Source of the DNA: Spartobacteria bacterium | Lineage (GTDB): Bacteria > Verrucomicrobiota > Verrucomicrobiia > Chthoniobacterales > UBA10450 | Assembly: GCA_003167555.1 (NCBI GenBank) | Contig: PMSN01000029.1 | Location: 122,488-186,487, forward strand | DNA length: 64,000 bases | Reading direction: 5' to 3' | Shown here: in pieces, positions 1 through 8,691 of the stretch | Layout: each line of letters opens with the position of its first letter | Position numbering within the stretch: the first letter of the stretch is position 1 | Position numbers and translations under genes: made by a program | The notes under the pieces: model-generated | Seen by the model: the letters and a program-made list of their open reading frames with translations, nothing else | What the model was told of the DNA's origin: nothing | Database searches by the model: none

Positions 1-435
1 GACGAAGTGCGCCAGGCGGGATTGCAGCTCGGGTTGCCGAAGGAAATTGTGCACCGGCAACCTTTCCCCGGGCCTGGCCTGGCGGTGCGCATTCTCGGCG
101 AAGTCACGCCGGAGCGCCTGCGGATTTTGCGCGACGCGGACACGATCGTGACGAGCGAAATGGAAGCGGCGGATTGGTATTACCGCGTGTGGCAATCGTT
201 CGCGGTTTTGCTCCCGGTGCGTTCCGTCGGCGTCATGGGCGATCAGCGAACGTACGAATACACGATCGCTTTGCGCATCGTCGAAAGTCAGGACGGCATG
301 ACGGCGGATTGGGTGCGGCTGCCATATGAATTGCTCGCGCGGATTTCGAGCCGCGTCATCAATGAAGTCAAAGGGGTGAATCGCGTCTGCTACGACATCT
401 CGAGCAAGCCGCCGAGCACGATCGAGTGGGAGTAG
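1..435 (+). CDS. guaA: GMP synthase (glutamine-hydrolysing), C-terminal part; the 5' end lies outside the window
   Basis: Frame-1 translation reads [17 protein letters not shown]...[30 protein letters not shown]...[27 protein letters not shown]. This is the conserved GMP synthase C-terminal dimerisation domain with its canonical PP.TIEWE end. Confidence 0.93.
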   Translation, partial: DEVRQAGLQLGLPKEIVHRQPFPGPGLAVRILGEVTPERLRILRDADTIVTSEMEAADWYYRVWQSFAVLLPVRSVGVMGDQRTYEYTIALRIVESQDGMTADWVRLPYELLARISSRVINEVKGVNRVCYDISSKPPSTIEWE

Positions 436-442
436 TTTTCTC

Positions 443-535
443 GTCATCCTGAGCGCAGCTCAGCGGAGTCGAAGGACCCCGCTGAGCGTCGAGCGACGGG
501 GTGGTTCGACTGCGCTGCGCTCCGCTCACCATGAC
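443..535. repeat. REP-like imperfect palindrome directly 3' of guaA; possible terminator
   Basis: Arm 443-475 is gtcatcctgagcgcagctcagcggagtcgaagg. The reverse complement of arm 503-535 is gtcatggtgagcggagcgcagcgcagtcgaacc. About 27 of 33 positions are complementary by eye. The same arm family recurs at 3351-3442. Confidence 0.6.
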
Positions 536-586
536 AGAAAAGAAAGAGCGCGACATGGCGTAATCCGCCACATTACATTCGCGCCG

Positions 587-3334
587 ATGAATGCCGAGCA
601 CGAGCGCCTCGCGGAAAATAAGGAAGACCATCGGTGGCATCTGTGGGGTCCGTATCTCGCGGAACGGGCTTGGGGGACGGTGCGGGAGGATTACAGCGCG
701 AATGGCGACGCGTGGAATTATTTTCCGCACGATCACGCGCGGTCGCGCGCGTTCCGCTGGGGCGAGGACGGAATCGGCGGGATCTCGGATTTCAAGCAGC
801 GGCTGTGTCTGGCCTTCGCCTTCTGGAATGGGCGCGATCCGATTCTGAAAGAACGCCTCTTCGGCGTGACCGGGCCGCAAGGTTCGCACGGCGAGGACGT
901 GAAGGAAGTTTATTTCTACACCGACTGCACGCCGACCCACAGCTACATGCGGATGCTCTATCGCTATCCGCAGGCGCGATTTCCCTACGAGGAACTTGTG
1001 GCGGTGAATCAGGGCCGGCCCAAACAGGCGCCGGAATTCGAACTCTGGGACACGGGCATCCTGCGCGAGCATCGCTACTTCGATATTGAGATCGAATACG
1101 CGAAGGTCGATCCCGACGATTTTTTTATTCGCGTGACGGCCACCAATCGCGGTCCCGAAGCGGCGGAACTTCACGTGCTGCCGACTCTTTGGTTCCGCAA
1201 CACCTGGGCGTGGGGCCGCGACGATCGCCGGCCCGCCCTGCGTGCCAGTTCCGATTTGGCCGGGCGTTGCCCGACCATCCAGGCAAGTCATCGCGCGCTC
1301 GGTGATTACAAGCTGCACTGCGAAGATGCGGGCGATCTTCTTTTCACCGAGAACGAAACCAACTCCGCGCGGTTGTTTTCGTCGCCGAATCGATACCCGT
1401 TCGTCAAAGACGGCATCAACGATTTTATCGTGAATGGGCGAACCGAGGCGGTGAATCCCGAGCGGGTGGGGACAAAGGCCGCAGCGCATTACGCATTCAC
1501 GATCGAGCCCGGCGCGAGTCGCGTGGTGCGCTTGTGGTTTGGCCGCGTGGGCGAAGCGGTCGAGGAGGATCTTTCGGGCGAGCCCGGGAAAACGCCGCGG
1601 CCGGTTTGCCTGCCGGTGCTGGACCAGGACGCGTTCGAGCACTTCGAAGGAATTTTCCGGGAACGAAGACGCGAGGCGGATGAATTTTACGCCGAGCTCG
1701 AACCGTCGTGCCTGAGCGAAGAACACAGGGCGATCAATCGCCAGGCGCTCGCGGGCATGCTCTGGACGAAGCAATTCTATTACTACGTGATCGAGGACTG
1801 GCTCGAAGGCGATCCGGGGCAACCGCCGCCGCCAGTCGAACGCAAAAGTGGGCGCAACTCCGAGTGGCGCCATCTTTACAACGAGCGCATCATGTCGATG
1901 CCGGACAAATGGGAATATCCCTGGTATGCCGCGTGGGACCTCGCGTTCCATTGCCTGCCGCTCGCGCTCGTCGATCCGCAGTTCGCGAAAGGCCAGCTCG
2001 ATATCATCTTGCGCGAATGGTACCAGCATCCCAACGGCCAGATCCCCGCCTATGAATGGAATTTCGGCGACGTCAATCCGCCGGTGATCGGCTGGGCCGC
2101 TTGGCGCATTTACAAAATCGAGGAGAAACAATCCGGCAAAGGTGATCGCGCTTTCCTCGAAACAGTTTTTCACAAACTGCTGATCTCATTCACCTGGTGG
2201 ATCAATCGAAAGGATTCCGAGGGGAAAAATATTTTCCAGGGCGGTTTCCTCGGTCTCGATAACATCGGCGTCTTCGATCGGAGCGCGCCGCTGCCGAATG
2301 GCGGCCATCTCGAACAAAGCGACGGCACCAGCTGGATGGGAATGTTTTGCCTCAACATGATGCGCACGGCGCTCGAGCTGGCGCGCGAGAATCCTGTTTA
2401 CGAAAACATCGCCACGAAGTTCTTCGAACATTTCCTCGGCATCGCCGGCGCGATGAACAATCTCGGCGGCCAGGGAATCGGGCTCTGGGACGAACCGGAC
2501 CAGTTTTACTACGACGTGCTTCACCTGCCCGACGGCCGATATCTGCCGCTCCGGGTGCGCTCGCTCGTCGGGTTGATGCCGCTCCTCGCGGTGGAAACGA
2601 TCGAGCCGGAGCTGCTCGATGCGATGCCGGGATTCAAGGAGCGCCTCGAATGGTATTTGGACAATCGGCCGGATCTCGCCAGCCTCATCTCCCGCTGGCA
2701 CGAACCGGGCGCCGGCGATCGCCGCTTGATTTCGCTCACGCGCGGGCATCGCATGAAATGTCTTTTGCGCCGGATGCTGGATCCCGATGAATTCCTGAGC
2801 GATTACGGCGTGCGCTCGGTCAGCAAATATCACGCGGGCCATCCTTACGTTCTCCGCCAGGAAGATGGCTCCGAGCGCGTGGTGAGCTACGATCCGGGCG
2901 AATCACAAACGAATATCTTCGGCGGAAATTCGAATTGGCGCGGGCCGGTCTGGCTGCCGATCAATTATCTGCTCATCGAGTCGCTCCAAAAATTCCATCA
3001 CTACTACGGCGACGATTTCACGGTCGAATGCCCCACGGGCTCGGGTCACCACATGACTCTTGACGGAATCGCGAACGAATTATCGAACCGTCTCATCCAG
3101 CTCTGGCTGCGGGACGCGAACGGCAATCGTCCGTTTGCGCGCGCGAGCGGCGACGCTCTCGAGGCCGAGCACGATCGCGATCTCTATTGGTTCCACGAAT
3201 ATTTCCATGGCGAGACCGGCGCAGGATTGGGCGCGAGTCATCAGACAGGCTGGACGGGCCTCATCGCGAAATTGATCCAGCAGCAGGGCACGACCGGCAC
3301 GATCGTGAAACGCGATCCGTTCACGGACTTGTAA
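587..3334 (+). CDS. GH63-like glycoside hydrolase (MGH1/glucosidase-like, ~900-aa bacterial type)
   Basis: 915-aa ORF. The N-terminus [47 protein letters not shown]...[26 protein letters not shown] matches my recollection of the long bacterial GH63-type glucosidases. Antisense and alternative-frame ORFs in this interval are shorter and low-complexity. Confidence 0.72.
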   Translation: MNAEHERLAENKEDHRWHLWGPYLAERAWGTVREDYSANGDAWNYFPHDHARSRAFRWGEDGIGGISDFKQRLCLAFAFWNGRDPILKERLFGVTGPQGSHGEDVKEVYFYTDCTPTHSYMRMLYRYPQARFPYEELVAVNQGRPKQAPEFELWDTGILREHRYFDIEIEYAKVDPDDFFIRVTATNRGPEAAELHVLPTLWFRNTWAWGRDDRRPALRASSDLAGRCPTIQASHRALGDYKLHCEDAGDLLFTENETNSARLFSSPNRYPFVKDGINDFIVNGRTEAVNPERVGTKAAAHYAFTIEPGASRVVRLWFGRVGEAVEEDLSGEPGKTPRPVCLPVLDQDAFEHFEGIFRERRREADEFYAELEPSCLSEEHRAINRQALAGMLWTKQFYYYVIEDWLEGDPGQPPPPVERKSGRNSEWRHLYNERIMSMPDKWEYPWYAAWDLAFHCLPLALVDPQFAKGQLDIILREWYQHPNGQIPAYEWNFGDVNPPVIGWAAWRIYKIEEKQSGKGDRAFLETVFHKLLISFTWWINRKDSEGKNIFQGGFLGLDNIGVFDRSAPLPNGGHLEQSDGTSWMGMFCLNMMRTALELARENPVYENIATKFFEHFLGIAGAMNNLGGQGIGLWDEPDQFYYDVLHLPDGRYLPLRVRSLVGLMPLLAVETIEPELLDAMPGFKERLEWYLDNRPDLASLISRWHEPGAGDRRLISLTRGHRMKCLLRRMLDPDEFLSDYGVRSVSKYHAGHPYVLRQEDGSERVVSYDPGESQTNIFGGNSNWRGPVWLPINYLLIESLQKFHHYYGDDFTVECPTGSGHHMTLDGIANELSNRLIQLWLRDANGNRPFARASGDALEAEHDRDLYWFHEYFHGETGAGLGASHQTGWTGLIAKLIQQQGTTGTIVKRDPFTDL

Positions 3335-3350
3335 TCGGCGTAGCGCTGCT

Positions 3351-3442
3351 GTCATTCCGAGCACAGTCGAGGAACCCCGTTGACCCCGGATCGACGTTTA
3401 ATCCGAGACTCAACGGGGTCCCTCGACTTCGCTCGGGATGAC
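3351..3442. repeat. REP-like palindrome of the same family as 443-535, 3' of the GH63 gene
   Basis: Arm 3351-3383 is gtcattccgagcacagtcgaggaaccccgttga. The reverse complement of arm 3410-3442 is gtcatcccgagcgaagtcgagggaccccgttga. The two arms are near-perfect complements. Confidence 0.65.
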
Positions 3443-3449
3443 GCCTACA

Positions 3450-3776
3450 TCATCGCCGCATGATGTGGATGGCCAGGATGCGGCTTTGATGGCGCGCGAG
3501 GAGATAATCGATGAAGTCGCCGATGATGGAATTGGGTTTGTTTCCGGACTTCGTCACGACGCGACAGATCAGGACGCCGGTGCGGCTGTGCCATTCGAGA
3601 TTGATCACGCCGTGCGCTTCACGGGCGCTGTGGATTTTTGCCCAGCCATGCGGACGGCCGGGACGTTGATGCTCGGTTGGGACAAGCTTGAATTTTTTCT
3701 CAAGCTGCGGATCGCTCATGATCTTATTGCGCAACGATCCGCGTCCAGTCGTGATGACTTGAATCACCGTTTGCAT
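3450..3776 (-). CDS. hypothetical protein (108 aa)
   Basis: ATG-initiated ORF with non-repetitive, balanced composition. The overlapping plus-strand ORF 3438-4130 starts inside the REP element and is Arg/Ala-rich. I recognise no family. Confidence 0.35.
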   Translation of the reverse strand: MQTVIQVITTGRGSLRNKIMSDPQLEKKFKLVPTEHQRPGRPHGWAKIHSAREAHGVINLEWHSRTGVLICRVVTKSGNKPNSIIGDFIDYLLARHQSRILAIHIMRR

Positions 3777-3889
3777 CGTGAGTTAGGATCAACTCGATGC
3801 CTTCCTTTGCAATGTCGTTTCAAAGGAGGGTCTCACCCAGAGTTGATAGAGATTAGTCGCTCATCCGTTGTGCGCCTTCAGTTTTCTGA

Positions 3890-4423
3890 TCATGGCGCTT
3901 TTGATTCGTCGATGGCGAAATCTTTTCGCTGCGCAAACGAAAGGAAAAGGAGCGCGCCGAGGCCAGCCAGAATCGCGAAATCGAGCACAAGGTGCCACGC
4001 GAACGAGAGCTGGTCGCTCACGTGGCCGAAGCAGCCACAGGAAATATCAAGGCCGCGGGCCTTCGCTGAAATGGTGGCGCCGATAAAAACGAGCATAAGC
4101 ATGAGCACGAGCACGAGGGCACCGGAATAGAGACGGCGGAAGATCAAGGCGAGGCCACCGAGAATTTCCAGCCAAGGCAGATAGAACGCGAGTCGCACCC
4201 CCACCGACCAGGGAAGAATGTGATAGTTTTCGATGTCGCCGGCGAAGCGAACAGGCTCGAGCGCTTTCACCGCGCCCGCGTAGACGAACAAGGCGCCGAT
4301 GAGGATGGCAAGAAAGCGCCAGAGGAAACCGTGAAAGGATGAAGGATGAGGGATGAGGGATGAAACTTGGGGGGCAGCCTGCCCGCCGTAGCCTGGCGAA
4401 GGCGGGTTCGGCGTTTTCTTCAC
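3890..4423 (-). CDS. MauE/DoxX-family membrane protein
   Basis: Four hydrophobic helices and a C-terminal GLDISCGCFG motif, typical of MauE/DoxX proteins that sit next to rhodanese genes. The nearest usable start upstream of helix 1 is GTG at 4423-4421, overlapping the rhodanese TGA as GTGA. The start is uncertain; the ORF is open up to 4543. Confidence 0.7.
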   Translation of the reverse strand: MKKTPNPPSPGYGGQAAPQVSSLIPHPSSFHGFLWRFLAILIGALFVYAGAVKALEPVRFAGDIENYHILPWSVGVRLAFYLPWLEILGGLALIFRRLYSGALVLVLMLMLVFIGATISAKARGLDISCGCFGHVSDQLSFAWHLVLDFAILAGLGALLFLSFAQRKDFAIDESKAP

Positions 4424-4845
4424 TTCTTCTCCCCCAGCCACGCTTCCCATCCACCATCGAGCACGAAGACGTTCTGCAAGCGCGCTTCTTCCCGCAGGCG
4501 GCGCGCTACTTCGCGGCTCGCGCCGCAACTCTCGCTGCTGCAATAAACCACCACGCGTTTTTCCGGCGACCAGGTCGCGAGCATCCGCGGCAGCATTTCG
4601 TTCCAGCGATCTTCATTCAACAAAATGGCGCCGGGCACATGCTGCCTTTCGAATTCCTCTTCCGGGCGCGCGTCGACCCAGATCGCGTTGCCGCCCCAGG
4701 CGCGCGCTTGCGCGACCGTGACCATGTCGGACGCGGCCACCGGGCTTTGCCACGAAACTTTGTCGCGATAGTACAGCGCCTGGCCCACGGCCGGCAGGCA
4801 CGCGAGAGCGAGAAGGAGCAAGCTTTGCCGCAACAACGATTTCAT
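4420..4845 (-). CDS. secreted rhodanese-domain protein
   Basis: Signal peptide MKSLLRQSLLLLALACLPAVGQA. The rhodanese layout is WVDARPEEEFERQHVPGAI...VVVYCSSESCGASREVARRL, with the active-site Cys loop CSSESCG. Confidence 0.8.
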   Translation of the reverse strand: MKSLLRQSLLLLALACLPAVGQALYYRDKVSWQSPVAASDMVTVAQARAWGGNAIWVDARPEEEFERQHVPGAILLNEDRWNEMLPRMLATWSPEKRVVVYCSSESCGASREVARRLREEARLQNVFVLDGGWEAWLGEKK

Positions 4846-4951
4846 CCGCGAATGGTGGATCGCGCGCTCCGCCGCGCGATGGCATCAAATAGCGGCGAAC
4901 CCTCGACTCCAAACATCGAGCGACGGAGCACTCGATTCACCTTCGCTTGCA

Positions 4952-5632
4952 TCAATGCGCGACGGCGGCTGGGGGCGTGACTCGCGCGCTCGCGTAGAAA
5001 ATTTTGGCCGGGCCGGATGACATTTCCGGTTTGATGGTCAGAGTCGCGTTGAGTTGCTTCGCGGTGTCGCGCGGCTGCACGTTGATCTTGAATTCACCCG
5101 CGCCGGAACCCGGCTCCACCTTCGCCGTAAACTCGGGACTCGAGGAAGTGACCTCAAGATTCTTGATCGCCACGCCTTTGCCGGCCTTGGCCAGAATCGT
5201 TTTCGCTTTCGGGTCCTCGCCTGATTGCCAGAAAACAAAGGCCGGCTGCAGCTCGAGCATTTGCGTGATCGTCGCCTTGAGCGTCAGAACGGTCTGCGGC
5301 TTTTGCGGATCGTCCGTGTCCACGGTGATCGTCTTCTGTTGCAGGCCCGTGCGATCGCCAATGCTGAAGGTCGCGGTGATCTCGCCCTTCTCGCCGGGCG
5401 CGACGTCATTCTTCTGCAACGCCGCCACCGTGCAGCCGCAGGAAGTGCGCGGCGCGGATTTGAAGTGAATCGGCTGGTCGCCTTTGTTCTGATATTTGAA
5501 AACGCCCACCGCCGTGGGGTCGCCGATCGCCGGGTGTAGTTCGATCTCGGTTTTCTCCCAAACCAATTCCGCCCGGGCCGTGACGCCGCAAAGAATGATC
5601 GCGCTCAACAAAATGCCGCTTCGCAGTTTCAT
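4952..5632 (-). CDS. DUF1573-domain secreted protein
   Basis: Signal peptide followed by FKYQNKGDQPIHFKSAPRTSCGCTVA, the CGCT signature of DUF1573. The family commonly neighbours rhodanese and MauE/DoxX genes. Confidence 0.75.
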   Translation of the reverse strand: MKLRSGILLSAIILCGVTARAELVWEKTEIELHPAIGDPTAVGVFKYQNKGDQPIHFKSAPRTSCGCTVAALQKNDVAPGEKGEITATFSIGDRTGLQQKTITVDTDDPQKPQTVLTLKATITQMLELQPAFVFWQSGEDPKAKTILAKAGKGVAIKNLEVTSSSPEFTAKVEPGSGAGEFKINVQPRDTAKQLNATLTIKPEMSSGPAKIFYASARVTPPAAVAH

Positions 5633-5698
5633 TCCTCTAGGAAAGAGGGATTAGGTTCGGCTGTCAAACCGGAAGCATCAGCCCACCGACGAGTCGGC

Positions 5699-8500
5699 TT
5701 AATTACTCAGCGCGTACGCTTCCACCAGCGCGATGCCGGTGGTGCCCCCAAAACCGCGGACGATCGCCGTGTAGTTCCCGAGAGGCAGGGTCCGCACGAT
5801 GGCTGATTCCAGGTCGTGGTTAGGCGCGACTCCGCTATCGATGATGGCTTGCTTGTTCGGGCTATCGACCCAGTTATCGTTCGACTCGAGTAACGCACCG
5901 TTACCGTCATGCAGCTCCAGAGTCGGATCGGACATTCTTCCAGGGACCGGAACGGACGGACCTAGCGCGCGGATGATCACTTTCTGCGGCGCTTCGCCTA
6001 CTACGATCGTGCCGGCAATCAGGACGTTGTCCCCGGTCTGGACCAAACCGCGTGTGGAAATATTAGCGAGCTTCGAGTCAACCGAGTTATCCAAATCATA
6101 CACTTCTACTACTCCGGTTCCTGTCCCACCATTCGTGCCACGAACGACCGCGGTATATTGGGAGTTGTTCGCGGGCAAGGTAGTGATGATGGCCGATTCC
6201 AGGTCATTGGTTGGCGCGACGCCGCTATCGATGATGGCTTGCTTGTCGGTGCTATCGACCCAGTTGTCGTTCGAAGCGATCAGGCTATTGCCTTGAAAGA
6301 GTTGCAGTGTTGGATCGGCCAGCTTGTCCGGCAAATTCAACGATGGACCGATGGCGCGGATAATGACCTTCTTAGACTGCGTGCCAGTAACGATAAACCC
6401 ACCGATCAGGACGTTATCGCCCGTCTCGACTCGAAGGCGAGTGGAGATGTTTCCGAGCACGTGTGGAAGCCGATAGACGTAGGCTGCGCCCGCCGCCGCC
6501 GTGCCCACAGCCGTAGCGTGGCGGGCGCCGATGATCGCGCTGTCGCCGCTGACTCCGACTCCGATGCCGAAATTGTCGCCGCGGGCACCGTCGCCCGCGA
6601 GGATTTGACTCTGCTGCGTCCAAACGGTGCCGCTCCGCGAAAAGACATACGCAGCGCCCCTGTCATCGTCGGTTAGAATGAAAGGAGGCGTGCCTCCATC
6701 CCACGCATAAGCACCGACGAGAATAGTGTCGTCCTGGATGGCGACCGCGGAAACGCTGAAGAAGTTGTTGGCGTTCCCATCGCTGGCGGTGAGCTTCTGC
6801 TGCAGGTTCCAGTTCAGGGTATTTTGCACGCGCTCGAAGACATAGGCCGCGCCTGCGTCGGTGCCTTTCGTGTCGTCACCCCATGCGCCAATGACCGCGG
6901 TATTGGCTCCCGGATGGCCGCTGAGAGCGACGCTTTGTCCGAACTGGTCGCCGCTGTGCCCGGCCGGCGGTGTAACGGTGACGGTGTTAAAGGCGAGTCC
7001 ACCCGAATCGAACTCGACAATAAGGACGGCTCCAGTTCCGACCCCGGGCTTGCCAATGATCGCCGTGTATTGGTTTGGAAAGGTGCTATCCAGGGCCACG
7101 GCCGTGCCGAGCCGGTTGTTGGCTACATCTTCGCTCTCGAGGATTAGCGTCGAAGTGCTGCCATCCGCATTAATCTTGGCGATCCAGGCGGAGCCGGCGT
7201 TCTGCTCGGCGTTATAAGCTTCGCCCGGCGAGCCTACGAGGACGATGTCACCGTTGATGGCGACGCTGGTTCCGAAAAGATCGCCAGCAGTAAATCCGCC
7301 CGGGGCCACGGCCGCGCCAGTGTAGCTATTGGGCCCATTGCGCTGAAAATAAAAAGCTGTCCCTTTAGTTCCGTTGTCACCGGGGCAGCCATACGCGATG
7401 CGGTTGCCGTTGATAGCCACGCTCATGCCGCATTGTTGCCCCGCGCCGGAGGCCGAGCCAAAGCGCTTATCCAACGCCCAGGAAGAGTTCGGGAATACGC
7501 CCGTCCGAACAAACACATACACCGCACCTACATCCGCATTAGATCCCACATCTTCGCGCCAGGCGCCTACTACCGCCAGGTTACCATCAATGGCCACCGC
7601 GGTGCCGAAGCGAGCGTCCGCCTGCGGAATGTCGCTGCGTAATTTCTGCTCGAGCGACGCGATGAAAGGATCGAGCACAATCGGATAACGCGCCCCCGCA
7701 TCTTCCACTACCAAGGCAATCTCTCTCCCTTCCGCTCTTGCCTCCATTCGCGCCGCGAGCGGCTTCCCATCCGCATCCGTCGCGACGAGCGTGCTGTAAC
7801 TGATCGCGCCTTTTCCCTTGCCATCTACTAACTCAATCTTTCCTTCGTCTGAAGACCGCGCATGCAGATCGCCCGTCACCGCCAGCAACAGGCGCAAAGG
7901 CTCCTTAGGTGCAACGCCACCGCTTCGCTCAGGCCGCTCGTTCAAAGTAAAGCCTTGCTCGATCCCTCCCGCACGGTTCTCATACCACTCGACTAATTTC
8001 GGATCCGCCGTCTGACCTCCGGCCTCTGACTTCTGGCCTCTGCGCTCATACTCGATCCTGTTTCCTTTGACCTCTCGCGAGACGATGGGCAGAACATCGG
8101 CTGGCTGGTCGCCGTAACCGCAGGCCTTCAAGCGCAGGGCGGTGCTCCACGCCTGATCGCGTTTCGCCTCCGGCAAGGTAGGCCGCACTGTCACGCCATC
8201 CTGGTCGAACCACGCATTTAGGTTCTGCTCGTGACTCATAGCCAGGTATCCGCCGCCGGCCTCGCTGTCGCCCGGCGCGTGCTCTTGCCACTGCAAACCG
8301 AAGCGTGCCACTGTCAGTGCCTGCAGCAATGACTGGCCGCCGCCGGTTTGGACCAGATAATCCGATGCCGCCTTGCCGGCCAGCTGTATTTTGGGTGCTC
8401 CGTTGCCGTGGGTCGCCGGCCACGTGTGAAACGCCTCGACGAAAAGAACGAGGGCAATGACACAAAAAAGAACCGAACACCAACGCGACAGAATCTTCAT
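5699..8500 (-). CDS. secreted FG-GAP-repeat protein with C-terminal tandem NISTR module
   Basis: ATG at 8500 precedes the signal anchor MKILSRWCSVLFCVIALVLF. The N-terminal WYENRAGGIEQGFTL region is shared with the 32202-38789 protein. Repeated FG..VAI.G...VVGA......GA.YVF units are of the FG-GAP_2 type. The last ~250 aa are two module copies (about 5702-6457) ending VEAYALSN-stop. Confidence 0.85.
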   Translation of the reverse strand: MKILSRWCSVLFCVIALVLFVEAFHTWPATHGNGAPKIQLAGKAASDYLVQTGGGQSLLQALTVARFGLQWQEHAPGDSEAGGGYLAMSHEQNLNAWFDQDGVTVRPTLPEAKRDQAWSTALRLKACGYGDQPADVLPIVSREVKGNRIEYERRGQKSEAGGQTADPKLVEWYENRAGGIEQGFTLNERPERSGGVAPKEPLRLLLAVTGDLHARSSDEGKIELVDGKGKGAISYSTLVATDADGKPLAARMEARAEGREIALVVEDAGARYPIVLDPFIASLEQKLRSDIPQADARFGTAVAIDGNLAVVGAWREDVGSNADVGAVYVFVRTGVFPNSSWALDKRFGSASGAGQQCGMSVAINGNRIAYGCPGDNGTKGTAFYFQRNGPNSYTGAAVAPGGFTAGDLFGTSVAINGDIVLVGSPGEAYNAEQNAGSAWIAKINADGSTSTLILESEDVANNRLGTAVALDSTFPNQYTAIIGKPGVGTGAVLIVEFDSGGLAFNTVTVTPPAGHSGDQFGQSVALSGHPGANTAVIGAWGDDTKGTDAGAAYVFERVQNTLNWNLQQKLTASDGNANNFFSVSAVAIQDDTILVGAYAWDGGTPPFILTDDDRGAAYVFSRSGTVWTQQSQILAGDGARGDNFGIGVGVSGDSAIIGARHATAVGTAAAGAAYVYRLPHVLGNISTRLRVETGDNVLIGGFIVTGTQSKKVIIRAIGPSLNLPDKLADPTLQLFQGNSLIASNDNWVDSTDKQAIIDSGVAPTNDLESAIITTLPANNSQYTAVVRGTNGGTGTGVVEVYDLDNSVDSKLANISTRGLVQTGDNVLIAGTIVVGEAPQKVIIRALGPSVPVPGRMSDPTLELHDGNGALLESNDNWVDSPNKQAIIDSGVAPNHDLESAIVRTLPLGNYTAIVRGFGGTTGIALVEAYALSN

Positions 8501-8691
8501 CCCATACCTTTCATTCGCCCCCCGAACTGACACAGCTACCCTGCGCGAAGAATGAACAGGCGCTTGCGGAAAACGCCTAACGAACTTGACGCGTCCTTCG
8601 ATGCTCTCCGAAACGGGGAGCCGTGTAAAGGTATTTTTACGCGTGCTGCGAGCGAGCGGTCATCAAATAGCGCGAGGCCAAGCTGGCTTCA

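Noticed and set aside
368-2173. 601-aa minus-strand ORF overlapping guaA and the GH63 gene.
   Set aside because: It is antisense to two ORFs with strong family signatures. Its Arg/Pro/Ala-rich, low-complexity translation is typical of the wrong frame in GC-rich DNA.
3438-4130. 230-aa plus-strand ORF overlapping the hypothetical gene at 3450-3776 and the 3' end of MauE/DoxX.
   Set aside because: It starts inside the REP palindrome and overlaps two better-supported minus-strand ORFs. Its translation has no motifs.
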